Below, piece after piece: positions 7,397 through 19,099 of a stretch of DNA of 21,459 nt. Location of the stretch: positions 1 to 21,459 of the forward strand of contig JAWOHE010000038.1 in NCBI GenBank assembly GCA_046485285.1. Direction: 5' to 3'. The number at the start of each line of letters is the position of its first letter. The first letter of the stretch is position 1. Source of the stretch: a bacterium. GTDB lineage: Bacteria; Hydrothermota; Tepidihabitantia; Tepidihabitantales; Tepidihabitantaceae. The notes under the pieces are model-generated. The model searched no databases. It was not told the DNA's origin and worked only from the letters and a program-made list of their open reading frames with translations. The translations under genes and the position numbers were made by a program.

Positions 7397-8713
7397 GTGC
7401 GGCTGCGCGCCCCCCGGCGACTCGGCGTCCGCTCCGCCTCCCTGCGCGGCCGGATGGTGCTCGCGATGCTCGCTTCGGCCGCGCTGGTGCTCCCGGTTGT
7501 CCTCATCTCGCTGTTCTACATCCGGCGGATGAACGACGCGGTCACCCGCATCGTCCGCGAGGACGTCGAACTCATCCACGTCGGCGACAACATCTCGCTC
7601 GGCTTCGCCCGGGCCCGGCGCGACGAGAGCAACTTCCTGCTCTACCGCGACTCGAGCTACCTTGACCAGAGCCGCGCGGCGGTGGCCCACGTCGTCGAAC
7701 TCGCCGGGCGCGGCCGCGCGCTCGTGCCGGCCGCCGCGGCCGACCTCGACGCCATCGTCCTGCTCGTCGCGCGCTACCAGGCCCTGAGCGACACCCTGCT
7801 CCGGATCCCGGCCCGGGCCGGCGGCATCACCCCCGACCTCGCGCGCCTGCGGCGGGAGCACGCGGCCCTGCTCGGCCGGGCCGCCGCGGCCCCGGAGGGC
7901 GCCCGCCGGGACTCACTCCTCGAGGAAGCCGGCCGCCTCGCCGACGGGCTCACCATCGCCGCCCCGGGCGGCCGCGCGCTCGACGACAGCCTCCGGGCCA
8001 TCCAGCAGGAGATCGTCGCCCGCAGCGAATCGGTCGTCGCCCGCGCCCTCCAGCGGGTCGAGAGCCACCGCCGCGAGGCCCGCCGGATGGCGACCTGGGG
8101 CCAGCGCAACATCATAACCGCCCTGCTCCTGACCGTCATCGCGCTCGTCTGGCTGCTCATCATCCTGCCCCGGCAGGCGGTGTTCCCGATCAAGCGGATG
8201 ATGAACGCCCTCCGCCGCGCCGAGAGCGGCGACCTGGCGGTCCGGGTCAAGCTCGCGACCGGCGACGAGCTCGGCCAGCTCGCCCGCCAGCTCAACCGCA
8301 CGCTCGCCCGGCTCGAGGAGTTCGACAGCGGCAAGGTCGAGCGCATCCTCCAGCTCGAGCGCCGGTTTCGCCTGCTCATCAACGACATCGCCGAGGGCGT
8401 CCTCGTCGTCGACCGGGCGTCCTCGATCCTCGCCGCCAACCCGGCGATGGAGGAACTGCTCGGCCGGCCCGCAAGCGAAGTCCGGGGCCGCCGGGTCCGC
8501 GCGTGCGAGCCGCTCGGATTCATGTTCGAGCCGCTCGAACGGGTGCTCGCCGGTTCGACCGGGCACCAGGAGTGCGACGTCCTGCCCGGCCTGCCCGGCT
8601 CCGCGGTCTGCATCGAGGCGTTGCGCAACCGCGGCGGCGATGTCGTCGGCGCGCTCATCGTCATCAGCAACCCCCGCCGGCCGGAAGTGCCGGACGACAC
8701 GCCAAGCGCCTGA
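7397..8713 (+). CDS. Membrane sensor: TM, extracytoplasmic helical domain, TM, HAMP, PAS, with no output domain
   Basis: Two hydrophobic helices, HAMP PIKRMMNALRRAESGDL...DELGQLARQLN, and PAS LINDIAEGVLVVD...ANPAMEELLG. The protein ends soon after the PAS domain. Confidence 0.85.
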   Translation: MRLRAPRRLGVRSASLRGRMVLAMLASAALVLPVVLISLFYIRRMNDAVTRIVREDVELIHVGDNISLGFARARRDESNFLLYRDSSYLDQSRAAVAHVVELAGRGRALVPAAAADLDAIVLLVARYQALSDTLLRIPARAGGITPDLARLRREHAALLGRAAAAPEGARRDSLLEEAGRLADGLTIAAPGGRALDDSLRAIQQEIVARSESVVARALQRVESHRREARRMATWGQRNIITALLLTVIALVWLLIILPRQAVFPIKRMMNALRRAESGDLAVRVKLATGDELGQLARQLNRTLARLEEFDSGKVERILQLERRFRLLINDIAEGVLVVDRASSILAANPAMEELLGRPASEVRGRRVRACEPLGFMFEPLERVLAGSTGHQECDVLPGLPGSAVCIEALRNRGGDVVGALIVISNPRRPEVPDDTPSA

Positions 8714-8717
8714 GTGG

Positions 8718-9569
8718 TCAGACGTCGCGCCGGTAGACGACCCGGCGCGGGAAGGGTATCTCGACCCCGGCCTTGTCGAATGCGCTCTTCAGCAGGAGCC
8801 GGAGCTCGCGCTCGACCGACCATTGCCGCATCGGTCGGACCGTCACGACGACCCTGATTGTCAACCCGGACTCGCCCAGGTTCAGGAGTCCCTGTACCTC
8901 GGGCGGCGAGAGCGCGACGTCGCCGTGCTCCGCGTACCACCTGTCCGCCGCCTCCCGCGCTACCGCCATCCCCTTCTCCGCGTCCTGCTCGTAGGCGATG
9001 TCTACGGTCACCATCGCCCGCATGAAGTCACGATTCATGTTCCCGAACCGCGTCAGCTCGCCGTTGGGGATCGTATGGAGCGTCCCGTCGTAGCTGCGGA
9101 CCTGGGTCCGCCGGATGCCGATGAACTCGACCGTGCCCCGGACCTCGCCGGCGACGATGTAGTCCCCGACATTCACCGCGTCCTCGAAAAGCAGGAAGAA
9201 CCCGGCCAGGAAGTCCCGCACCAGCGCCTGGGACCCGAACCCGACCGCGAGCCCGACCACCCCGGCCCCGGCCAGTATCGCCGTGAAATCCACTCCCAAG
9301 ACCCGCAGGACCATCACCAGCGCCACGAAGAAGAACACGTAGTAGACGAGGCTTCGCAGGACCGTCATCGCGGTCCTCGCGCTCGGCTTCTGCGCCAGCC
9401 GGGAATGACCGGAAAGCAGCCGCCCGAGCAGGCGCCGGACAACCAGCGACAGGAACCAAGCGCCTGCCACGATCGCCAGTACCTGGCCGGCCTTGATTGC
9501 CAACCCCGCCAGCCGTTCCGCCGACCACAGCCGGGCGCTGAGCTCCCTGATCACCTCACGCCAGAGCAC
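8718..9569 (-). CDS. mscS: Small-conductance mechanosensitive channel family protein
   Basis: LAGAGVVGLAVGFGSQALVRDFLAGFF, VGDYI, GTVEFIGIRRT, IPNG and GVEIPFP motifs. GTG start overlaps the selD TAG. Confidence 0.92.
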   Translation of the reverse strand: MLWREVIRELSARLWSAERLAGLAIKAGQVLAIVAGAWFLSLVVRRLLGRLLSGHSRLAQKPSARTAMTVLRSLVYYVFFFVALVMVLRVLGVDFTAILAGAGVVGLAVGFGSQALVRDFLAGFFLLFEDAVNVGDYIVAGEVRGTVEFIGIRRTQVRSYDGTLHTIPNGELTRFGNMNRDFMRAMVTVDIAYEQDAEKGMAVAREAADRWYAEHGDVALSPPEVQGLLNLGESGLTIRVVVTVRPMRQWSVERELRLLLKSAFDKAGVEIPFPRRVVYRRDV

Positions 9570-10612
9570 TACTCACCTCTCACCTCCAGCCGGCCGGCCC
9601 GGCCCTCGGCAACCTCGCCAACCTCGGCCGCCTCGACCCCGGCCGCAAGGAGCTCCTCGGCCATCTTCCCTGCCTGCCCCGGCGCGATGGCAACCAGCAG
9701 GCCGCCCGACGTCTCCGAGCCCCAGAGCAGGTTGCGGTCCGACTCGGACACCGCGCCGGACCATTCGACGAACCCGCCAAACGCCTGCTCATTCATCGCC
9801 ACCCCGGCGTCGACCAGTCCCCGGGCCGCGAGCGCCCGCGCGCCGGGCAGGAAGGGCAGCCGCTCGAACTGCAGGCGCAGGGCTACTCGACTCGCCGCGG
9901 CCATCTCCTGGGCGTGGCCCAACAGGCCATAGCCGGTGATGTCGGTCGCCCCGTGCGCACCGTACGCCAGCATCGCCCGCGAGGCCGCGCGGTTGAGTGC
10001 AACCATCGAACGGACCGCTGCCCCGGCGAGTTCCGGGTCCGGCTCCTCGTCCGAGAGCGACTGCTGACCGAAGATTCCGGTGCCGAGGGGCTTGGTCAGA
10101 ACCAGCACGTCGCCCGGTCTCGCGCCGTCGTTGCCGACGATCCGGTCGGGCGAGATCGTCCCGGTGACCGCCAGCCCGTACTTGACCTCCTTCTCGTTGA
10201 AGGTATGCCCGCCGACGACGACCGCTCCGGCCTCCTCGACCGCATCCTGCCCGCCGCGCAGTATCTCCACCAGCCACTCCTTCGGAGCCGGCGCCGGGAA
10301 CCCGACAATGTTCAGGACCGTCAGCGGCTCACCGCCCATCGCGTAGACGTCCGACAGCGAGTTCGCGGCCGCGATCCGCCCGTACGTATGCGGGTCCTCG
10401 ACCATCGGGGTCAGCAGGTCCACCGTCTGGACCAGCGCCAGCCCCTCCCGCAGGAGGAACACGCCGGCATCGTCGGCGGTGTTGATGCCGACCAGTAGTC
10501 GCGGGTCATTCGGCGGCTTGAGTTTTTCCAACACCAGCGCCAACTGCGCCTTGCCGAGCTTGGACGCTCAGCCCGCGCAGCTGACGGTGGCCAGGATTCC
10601 ACGTCTTGGCAT
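9569..10612 (-). CDS. selD: Selenide, water dikinase (selenophosphate synthetase), selenocysteine-containing (Sec15), 347 aa
   Basis: ATG 10612 with SD AGGAGG. MPRRGILATVSCAG-U-ASKLGKAQL has TGA 10570..10568 at the catalytic Cys/Sec position. Also DDAGV, QTVD, AANSLSDVYAMGG, GGHT, LTKPLGTG, TDITGYGLLGH and ETSGGLL. Confidence 0.96.
10528..10557 (-). promoter_or_regulatory. Candidate SECIS element of selD
   Basis: UCGGCA-A-GGCGC-[AGUUG]-GCGCU-GG-UGUUGG, loop 22 nt after UGA. Same loop as the TlpA hairpin; the lower stem is wobble-rich. Confidence 0.62.
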
Positions 10613-10616
10613 CCGG

Positions 10617-12548
10617 TTACTCCTCCTTCCTGCGCGCTGGTTTGTCATCCCCGACAGGCACGCGGCGCAGCACGCGCTTGTCGCCGCGGCGCTGGGTCAG
10701 TCCCGTCGAGTCGAAGTGATTGAGCAGCGGTATCGCGTAGCGCCGGGTCGTGCCCAGCGCCTGCCGGACTTCGGTCGCGGCAAGCTCCGCGCTCTTGGCG
10801 AAAAGCGCGGTCAGGACCTCGCGGGCCTCGGAAATCGCGTCGCGATGGAAGACCACGCCCTCACCGACGTCGACCAGCACGCCTGTCTCGAACAGCGCGG
10901 TCCGGACACGCTCGGCAACAGCCTTGCGCGCCCCGGCCATCGTCTCGGCAAGGTCGGGTGGCGAGAACCGTCCGGCCCGGACCGCCGCGGCGGCAGAATC
11001 GAACAGCGCCTGCTCCTCGGCCACCAGCCGGATCTGGTGTCCCGGACGCCGGAGCCGCCCCGCCTCGTCGACGAGCTCGCCCGCCTCGACAAGCTCACCG
11101 GTCACGTGCTCGAACAGTGGCACCGAGAACCCGCGGCCGGCCCGGGCCCGCAACTCGGGTCGCTTCAGGCCGACCCGGAATGGGCTCTCGCGGTGGAACT
11201 CCTCGGTCGCCGCGACGACCGCAGCCCGCGCCCGGGCGAGGTTCTCGGCGTGGACGACATAGTCCCGACCCTCAAACCGGAATCGCACCGCCCGGCCCTC
11301 CTGCTCCAGCGCGGACAGGTGAGCGGCAAAGTCCGCCTCGACCATCACCAACGCCCGGGCGAGCTGGTCCGGCTGTCGCGCCTCCAGCCCGTCCCTGGCC
11401 AGCGCCTGTTCTAGCACCGCCCGGGAATCGCCGGTGCTCTGGGCCTCGAGCCGGGCAATCGTCGCCGCATCGAAGCGCCGCTCCCGCACCGCGCCCGGTT
11501 CGAGCACGACGCCACCGCCGATGGTGTGCTGGGGCGAGTAGGAGCGAAGGACGTAGTGGTCATTCCAGTCACAGACGACCGGCTCCTCAAGCCGAAGCTG
11601 AACCAGCCCCTCCTCGCCCGGCGCGAGCTGCTTCCGGTCCAGCAGCACCGCTCGGCCCATCACCTCCGACGTCCCGATGTGAACCCGGACCCGGGTCATG
11701 TTTCGAAGCGGCCGCTCCGGCCCGGCCAGGAGCGCCAGCGTGCCATTCAGCACGTCGGTCGGCATGTAGTATCCCGGCGTCGCCACGACGAAGCCGCGCG
11801 CGACGTCCTCCCGGGCCAGCCCCTGCAGGTTGAGCGCTGCGCGGTCGCCAACCCGCGCCTCGCCGACCGCCAGATTGTGGCGCTGGATGCCCCGGACCCT
11901 GACCTCGTGTCTGCCGGGCAGGAGTTCGAGTCGGTCGCCGACCCGGCACGACCCGGACAGCACCGTCCCGGCGACCACCGTGCCGAAACCCTTGATGATG
12001 AAGCTCCGGTCGACCGGCATCCGAAACACGCCGCGGTCCTTCCGGCCGCGCACCTGCGCCACCAGCGCCTCGAGCGCCGCCCGTACCTCCTCGACGCCCT
12101 GCCCGGTCGCCGCCGAGGCGGCGATGACCGGCGCGCCTTCGAGGAACGAACCCCTGACGAGCTCGGCGACGTCATCGCGCACGAGCTCGAGCCAGTCGGC
12201 GTCGGCCAGATCGGCCTTGTTGATGACGACCATCCCGCGCTCGATGCCCATAAGCCGGCAGATGTCGAAGTGCTCGCGAGTCTGGGGCATCACCCCGTCG
12301 TCGGCCGCGACGACCAGCACGACCACGTCGATCGTGCTCGCCCCGGCCAGCATGTGCCGGACGAACTTCTCGTGCCCGGGGACGTCGATTATTGTCACCG
12401 AGTCGGAGAGGAACGCGAAGCCGAGGTCGGTCGTCATCCCGCGCTCCTTCTCTTCCTTGAGCCGATCCGGGTCGGTCCCGGTCAGCGCCCTGACCAGCGC
12501 GCTCTTGCCGTGGTCAATGTGCCCGGCCGTGCCGACGACGACGTGCAT
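10617..12548 (-). CDS. selB: Selenocysteine-specific translation elongation factor
   Basis: [40 protein letters not shown] and the C-terminal winged helix [14 protein letters not shown]. Confidence 0.97.
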   Translation of the reverse strand: MHVVVGTAGHIDHGKSALVRALTGTDPDRLKEEKERGMTTDLGFAFLSDSVTIIDVPGHEKFVRHMLAGASTIDVVVLVVAADDGVMPQTREHFDICRLMGIERGMVVINKADLADADWLELVRDDVAELVRGSFLEGAPVIAASAATGQGVEEVRAALEALVAQVRGRKDRGVFRMPVDRSFIIKGFGTVVAGTVLSGSCRVGDRLELLPGRHEVRVRGIQRHNLAVGEARVGDRAALNLQGLAREDVARGFVVATPGYYMPTDVLNGTLALLAGPERPLRNMTRVRVHIGTSEVMGRAVLLDRKQLAPGEEGLVQLRLEEPVVCDWNDHYVLRSYSPQHTIGGGVVLEPGAVRERRFDAATIARLEAQSTGDSRAVLEQALARDGLEARQPDQLARALVMVEADFAAHLSALEQEGRAVRFRFEGRDYVVHAENLARARAAVVAATEEFHRESPFRVGLKRPELRARAGRGFSVPLFEHVTGELVEAGELVDEAGRLRRPGHQIRLVAEEQALFDSAAAAVRAGRFSPPDLAETMAGARKAVAERVRTALFETGVLVDVGEGVVFHRDAISEAREVLTALFAKSAELAATEVRQALGTTRRYAIPLLNHFDSTGLTQRRGDKRVLRRVPVGDDKPARRKEE

Positions 12549-13987
12549 CAGCGGCGGCTCCGCCGGCTCGAGCCCGGGATGCCCAGCTCGGCACGGTACT
12601 TGGTAACTGTTCGGCGGGAGAGCTCGATGCCGTGCTCGGTGCGCAGGCGCGACTCGATAGCCTCGTCGCTGAGCGCCTGCTTCGGGTCCTCGCTCTCGAC
12701 CATCCCGCGGATGATGTCCTTGATGCTCGCCCGCGACCGGTCGCCGGCCCCGGCGTTGAAGAAGTGCTTGACCGGGAAGATCCCGTGCTCGGTCTCGATG
12801 TACTTGCCGGTCGAGGCGCGGGAGACCGTCGAGGGATGCACGCCGATGAGCGCGGCCGCGTCGGCCATCGTCGCCGGCTTGAGGTGCTCGGGGCCGTGCT
12901 CGAAGAACCCCGGCTGGAGGTCGATGAGCGCCTGCATCAGCCTGCGCAGCGTCCTTCGGCGGGACTCGATCGCCCGGAGGAACATCATCGCCCGGTTGTA
13001 TCTCTGCCGGGCAAACTCGACCTGCTCCCTGGAGTAGCGCGACGGGTTGCGGAGAATCTCGACGTAGCGACGCCCGAGCCGGAGCCGCGGCTCGCGGTCA
13101 TCATTGTACTCGAACGCGAGCCTGCCGTCGCGCCGGAAGACCGTGAAGTCCGGCGAGACGTACTCGGCCGGCCGGCCCGCGAACCGCCGGGCCGGGCGCA
13201 TCTCGAGGCCGTGGATGCACTCCGCCGCCCGGCGGACTTCTTCCTCGGTCGTGCCGGCGAGCTTCGCGATCTTGGCGAATTGCATCTCGAGCAGGCGCTC
13301 CCAGAACTCGGCCACAACCCGGTACTCGAGGCTGTCGGCCGGATGGCCATGCAGGCGGAGCTGGGTGAGCAGCGCCTCGCGGCGATCGCGGCAGGCGATG
13401 CCGCCCGGCTCGACTGCCCGGACCAGCTCCAGCACCTCGTCCAGCCGAACCGGATCGAGTCCGTGGGTCGCGGCGAGCTCGTCCGGCGCAACGGTGAGGA
13501 ACCCGTCCTGGTCCAGCGACTGGAGGACGATCTCCGCGGTCCGGGCGCCTTCGTCGTCGAGCCGGGCGCGGAGCCCGGGCAGGAGCGCGGCGGCGAGCCC
13601 CGGCCCCTCATCCGCCGCCAGCTCCATCGGGTCGGTGTCCGGCCCGCCGTACTCCTCGCGCGGGGTCACGTGGTAGTCCTCGGAATCGAGCAGCTCCAGG
13701 AACTCCTCGGTCTCCCGCGAGGCCACGTCCGGGCCCTCTTCGGTCTCTGACACGAGCTTCTCCGACCCGACGGCCGGGATGTCGGCTGGCGCCGGGCTCG
13801 CCTCGATGTCGACCGGCTCGGCCGCGTCCGGCGCTTCCTCGAGCACCGGGTTCTCCTCGAGCTCGCGGCGGGCCAGCACCTCGAGCTCAAGCGCGGTCAG
13901 CGGCAGGAGCTTGAGCGTCAGGATGAGCTGGGGAGTGAGCCTGAGCTCGAGCCCGAGCCGCTGTTCGAGCCTGAGCGAGTCCTTCAT
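12548..13987 (-). CDS. rpoN: RNA polymerase sigma-54 factor
   Basis: Region [30 protein letters not shown] and RpoN box SRRTVTKYR. Confidence 0.96.
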   Translation of the reverse strand: MKDSLRLEQRLGLELRLTPQLILTLKLLPLTALELEVLARRELEENPVLEEAPDAAEPVDIEASPAPADIPAVGSEKLVSETEEGPDVASRETEEFLELLDSEDYHVTPREEYGGPDTDPMELAADEGPGLAAALLPGLRARLDDEGARTAEIVLQSLDQDGFLTVAPDELAATHGLDPVRLDEVLELVRAVEPGGIACRDRREALLTQLRLHGHPADSLEYRVVAEFWERLLEMQFAKIAKLAGTTEEEVRRAAECIHGLEMRPARRFAGRPAEYVSPDFTVFRRDGRLAFEYNDDREPRLRLGRRYVEILRNPSRYSREQVEFARQRYNRAMMFLRAIESRRRTLRRLMQALIDLQPGFFEHGPEHLKPATMADAAALIGVHPSTVSRASTGKYIETEHGIFPVKHFFNAGAGDRSRASIKDIIRGMVESEDPKQALSDEAIESRLRTEHGIELSRRTVTKYRAELGIPGSSRRSRR

Positions 13988-14706
13988 ATCCGGAACCGCT
14001 CGCCGAGGTACACCCGCCGGGCCCGCTCGTCGCGGACTAGGTCCTCGGACGTTCCCGAGAGCAGGACCCGCGCGTCGTACATTATGTAAGCCCGGTCGGT
14101 GATCTCGAGGGTCTCGCGGACGTTGTGGTCGGTTATCAGGATACCGAGCCCGTCGTTGCGGAGCCCGCGGACGATGTCCTGGATTTCCGCCCTGACAATC
14201 GGGTCGATCCCGGTGAACGGCTCGTCGAGCAGGAGGTAGGCCGGCCCGGCCGCAAGCGCCCGGGCAATCTCGACCCGGCGGCGCTCCCCGCCCGAGAGCG
14301 TCTGCCCCTTCTGGCCCGCGAGCTGGGCGACGTTGAACCTCTCAAGCAACTCGCCCACCCGCGCCTCGCGCTGCTCCTTCGGGTAGTCCAGCATCTCGAG
14401 AATCGCCAGGATGTTCTCGCGGACGGTCAGCTTGCGGAATATCGACGGCTCCTGCGAGAGGTAGCCGAGCCCGAGCCGGGCCCGGCGGTAGACCGGCATT
14501 CGCGTGATGTCCCGGCCGTCGATCTCGATGCTCCCGGCCTCCGGCCGGATGAAACCGGTCACCATGTGGAAGGTCGTCGTCTTGCCCGCGCCGTTCGGGC
14601 CGAGCAGGCCGACAATCTCACCACGGGCAAGCTCGAGCCCGACTTCGTTGACGACCCTCCGGCCGGAATAACCCTTGACCAGCCCCCGAGCGATGAGACC
14701 GCTCAT
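13984..14706 (-). CDS. lptB: LPS export ABC transporter ATP-binding protein
   Basis: GPNGAGKTT, LSGGERRRVEIARAL, LLDEPFTGIDP, ITDHNVRETL and VYLGE motifs. Real start is ATG 14706 (TGATG overlap); the track ORF over-extends upstream. Confidence 0.95.
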   Translation of the reverse strand: MSGLIARGLVKGYSGRRVVNEVGLELARGEIVGLLGPNGAGKTTTFHMVTGFIRPEAGSIEIDGRDITRMPVYRRARLGLGYLSQEPSIFRKLTVRENILAILEMLDYPKEQREARVGELLERFNVAQLAGQKGQTLSGGERRRVEIARALAAGPAYLLLDEPFTGIDPIVRAEIQDIVRGLRNDGLGILITDHNVRETLEITDRAYIMYDARVLLSGTSEDLVRDERARRVYLGERFRI

Positions 14707-15662
14707 CAGCTCCCCGGTTCTCCGCCGCCGCGCTCGACGAGCCAGCCGCGCGCCAGCCGCTCGACCTCGACGACGTCGAGCTCGCCCCGCTCGAGCCGGA
14801 TGGTGATGACCTCGCCCGCGACCTCGACCTCGCTTGTCCCGGTCGACCGGTACCGGCCCTGCGCGCCGCCGGTCACCGCGACCCGGCGCAGCGCACCGGA
14901 CTCGACCGCCAGCCTGATCGTGTCCCCGGTCGTGCTCGACAGCGAGTCCGCGACGCGCGGGCTTCCCCAGGCGACCCCGGTGTCCGCCCGCGTCCACCAG
15001 TATAGGGAGTCCGCGGTCAGCGAGGTCGCCCGGGTGCCGACCCGGACCCCGCCGGCGAGCAGGGCCGATCCGTCCTCGCCGTGCCAGGTCATCGTCCGGG
15101 CCCCGGCGGTCACAGAGTCACCCTCGCTGATGACGAGTTCGGGCTGGGAGTCGACCTCGCCGACCCGGCTGTCCATCCAGTACCGGCCGCGAGCACCCCG
15201 GAGCGTGAGCCCGTTGCCGGGCGTCCGGATCTCAAGGCCATCGTCCGCCTCGACCCGGCCCTCCTCGACGAAGTAGAGCAAGTGGGGCGCGGCAATCGAG
15301 AGCGAGTCAAGCTCGACCCGGACCCGGCCGAACAGCTCGGTCACCCGGGCGTCGAGCCGGTAGACCGCCGAGTCGGCCTCGACGCGCGAGCGCGGATCCA
15401 CGATCCGCACCGATTCGCTCACCACCGCCACGCCCCGGCTCTCGTTGAACCGGGCAAACCGGGCGGTGATCAACGTCGAGCCATCGACTATCGTCACGCT
15501 GTCGCGGAAGACGGTCTCCTGGCCGTTCGGGGTCTGGACAATCTCCATCCGCCGGGCGTGCAGGTCGGCCGCGCCGGCGCCAGCGCCGAGGACAACAGAC
15601 GCGAGGACAATTCGAGCGATCAGGGAGGAGGGGCAACAGGAACCGGGGATGATCGGAGTCAC
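14706..15662 (-). CDS. lptA: LptA/OstA-like beta-jellyroll protein, extended form
   Basis: Signal-like N-terminus, repeated beta motifs (VEADSAVY, LTADSLYW, TGDTI), and position between lptC and lptB. Start is uncertain. Confidence 0.75.
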   Translation of the reverse strand: MTPIIPGSCCPSSLIARIVLASVVLGAGAGAADLHARRMEIVQTPNGQETVFRDSVTIVDGSTLITARFARFNESRGVAVVSESVRIVDPRSRVEADSAVYRLDARVTELFGRVRVELDSLSIAAPHLLYFVEEGRVEADDGLEIRTPGNGLTLRGARGRYWMDSRVGEVDSQPELVISEGDSVTAGARTMTWHGEDGSALLAGGVRVGTRATSLTADSLYWWTRADTGVAWGSPRVADSLSSTTGDTIRLAVESGALRRVAVTGGAQGRYRSTGTSEVEVAGEVITIRLERGELDVVEVERLARGWLVERGGGEPGS

Positions 15663-16267
15663 TTTTCTCCCTTCACCCCTGCCCCTTCCTCGCTCCCCGC
15701 TCCGTCTCCGGTTTGCGGCTCGAAACGGTAGTCGGCGCTGCCGGTGACCTCGCTCTGGATTTCAATCCGCTCGAGCCCCGCGTCCGAGACCAGCCCCTGA
15801 CCGCGGACCTCGCCGCGCGGGGTCAGGATTGCCACCGCCGCGTCGGTCCGGACCAGCCGGGTCTCGTTGTTCCACGACAGCGAGTCGGTCGCGAGCAAGG
15901 TGCTGTCCGCGGTCCGGACCTCGACATTCCCGCGCGCGACGAGGTCGTTCGAGCGCGACTGAAGCGTCCCCTCGTCCGCGACCAATACCGCCCGCACCGC
16001 GCGCGCCTGGTCGTAGAACGTCACCCGCGGCCGCGAGACCTCGACCCGGCCCTCGCGATCGAAGACCTGCGCCGTGTCCGCCGCCAGCGTGTAGAGCCGC
16101 TCGCCGCTCGAACTCTCGTGCATCGTGAAGCCCTCGATGACCTGGTCCGGCCTGTCACCCGAGTCCGCGGCCGGCGCCGGCTCCCGGCACGCGGTCGCGA
16201 GCACCGCCAGCGCAAGCCCCGCACCGGCCGCTCGATGAACCCGCCCCAGCCACCTGCCCCGGGTCAC
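15659..16267 (-). CDS. lptC: LPS export periplasmic protein LptC (lipoprotein-type signal)
   Basis: GTG 16267 overlaps the upstream TGA (GTGA) with SD GGAGG. Lipobox LATAC, and motifs LVADEG, GNVEV, LATDSLSW, VRTDAAV, GQGL. Confidence 0.85.
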   Translation of the reverse strand: MTRGRWLGRVHRAAGAGLALAVLATACREPAPAADSGDRPDQVIEGFTMHESSSGERLYTLAADTAQVFDREGRVEVSRPRVTFYDQARAVRAVLVADEGTLQSRSNDLVARGNVEVRTADSTLLATDSLSWNNETRLVRTDAAVAILTPRGEVRGQGLVSDAGLERIEIQSEVTGSADYRFEPQTGDGAGSEEGAGVKGEK

Positions 16268-16993
16268 GCCGCCTCCAGCGCCCCGGCCTTGCCCCAGAAC
16301 ACCCAGTCGGCCGGCCGACGCCTGACCTCGGCAAGGAGGCATCGAAGCGCGTGCCCGGCGTCCCCGGCCGGGTACACCCTGACGCGGAGCCGGCCGCGCT
16401 CGAAACTGCAGAAGAGCGGCACAACGCCGGTTCGCCCGGCCAGCCGGAACGCCGGCCCGGGCATCCGCATCCGTACCCCGTCCGCCTCGGCCAACACCAT
16501 CCGCCCCCGGCTGGTATTGTCAAGCATGAAACCGACAAGACCACTGCGGCCGGCAACGAGCTCGGCCGCGCCACGGATGAGCCGCACGCCGGGACGGGTC
16601 CGCGTGCCGCGCAACCGCCGGTCAAACGCCCGGTCCGCCTGGCGCCCGACCGCCAGCGCGACCAGGTGCCCCCGGGCCCGGAACACCGCGGGCAGGAACT
16701 CCCAGGCCCCGAAATGAAAGGAGGCCATCGTCATATGCAGTAACTGTTCCATCGACTGCTGAATCTGATTGTCCCCGCTAACTTCCGCCTTGTCAATAAG
16801 AAACTGGCCCTGCCGTCCGTCCTGGCGGGCCATCAGCGCCAGATTTCGGCCGACCTGCCAGCCGTTCTCGACCCAGAAGAACACCCTTTCCCGGCCGAAC
16901 AGGATTCGGTGATTGCGGCCCGTCTCCACCCGCGCGGAGCGGCTGAAAAGCAGGTAGGCGAGGACCGCCAGGCGTGCGAGCAGTACCGCCGGG

Positions 16994-18649
<1,656 letters not shown>

Positions 18650-18680
18650 CTATCGCCTCCCCCGGGCCGGCGTCAAGGCG

Positions 18681-18702
18681 CGGGGCGGGAAACCCCGCCC
18701 CG
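18681..18702 (-). terminator. GC hairpin downstream of rpmJ; possible terminator
   Basis: CGGGGCGGG-AAAC-CCCGCCCCG on the + strand. No clear U-tract. Confidence 0.45.
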
Positions 18703-18744
18703 TGGGAAAGTCGGCCCGGCGCGTCCGCAATGCCAAACGGCCTG

Positions 18745-18861
18745 CTAGCCCTGGCGCTGCTTGTGCTTCGGGTCCCGCTTGCAGATGACCCGGACGACGC
18801 CCCGCCGCTTGACGATCTTGCAGTGGGCGCAGCGCTTCTTCACCGAAGTCTGCACTTTCAT
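18745..18861 (-). CDS. rpmJ: 50S ribosomal protein L36, zinc-binding type, 38 aa (absent from the ORF track)
   Basis: Manual translation [38 protein letters not shown], with SD AAGGA. Confidence 0.97.
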   Translation of the reverse strand: MKVQTSVKKRCAHCKIVKRRGVVRVICKRDPKHKQRQG

Positions 18862-18874
18862 CGCGCATTTCCTT

Positions 18875-19099
18875 TCACTTGAACCGGTAGATTATCCTGC
18901 CCCGGGACAGGTCGTAGACCGAGAACTCGACCGTCACCCGGTCGCCGGGCAGGATCCGTATCCAGTGCTTGCGCATCCGGCCCGAGATGTGCGCCAGCAC
19001 CGAGTGACCGCTGTCGAGCTCGACCTTGAACACCGCGCTCGGCAGCGTCTCGCGAACGACGCCCTCGAACTGGATGAGGTCTTTCTTATCCTTGGCCAT
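18875..19099 (-). CDS. infA: Translation initiation factor IF-1
   Basis: [38 protein letters not shown]. Confidence 0.98.
   Translation of the reverse strand: MAKDKKDLIQFEGVVRETLPSAVFKVELDSGHSVLAHISGRMRKHWIRILPGDRVTVEFSVYDLSRGRIIYRFK

Noticed and set aside
8711-8713. Readthrough of the HAMP-PAS TGA into a kinase domain
   Set aside because: Downstream DNA is the antisense of mscS, with no kinase motifs.
9569-12548. tRNA-Sec (selC) or selA near selB/selD
   Set aside because: There is no intergenic space, and no tRNA-like sequence was recognised anywhere in the window.
16768-16796. Internal promoter TTGACA-17-GACAAT inside the acyltransferase gene
   Set aside because: The -10 box lacks the first T and the site is explained by coding sequence. 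It cannot be supported without TSS data.
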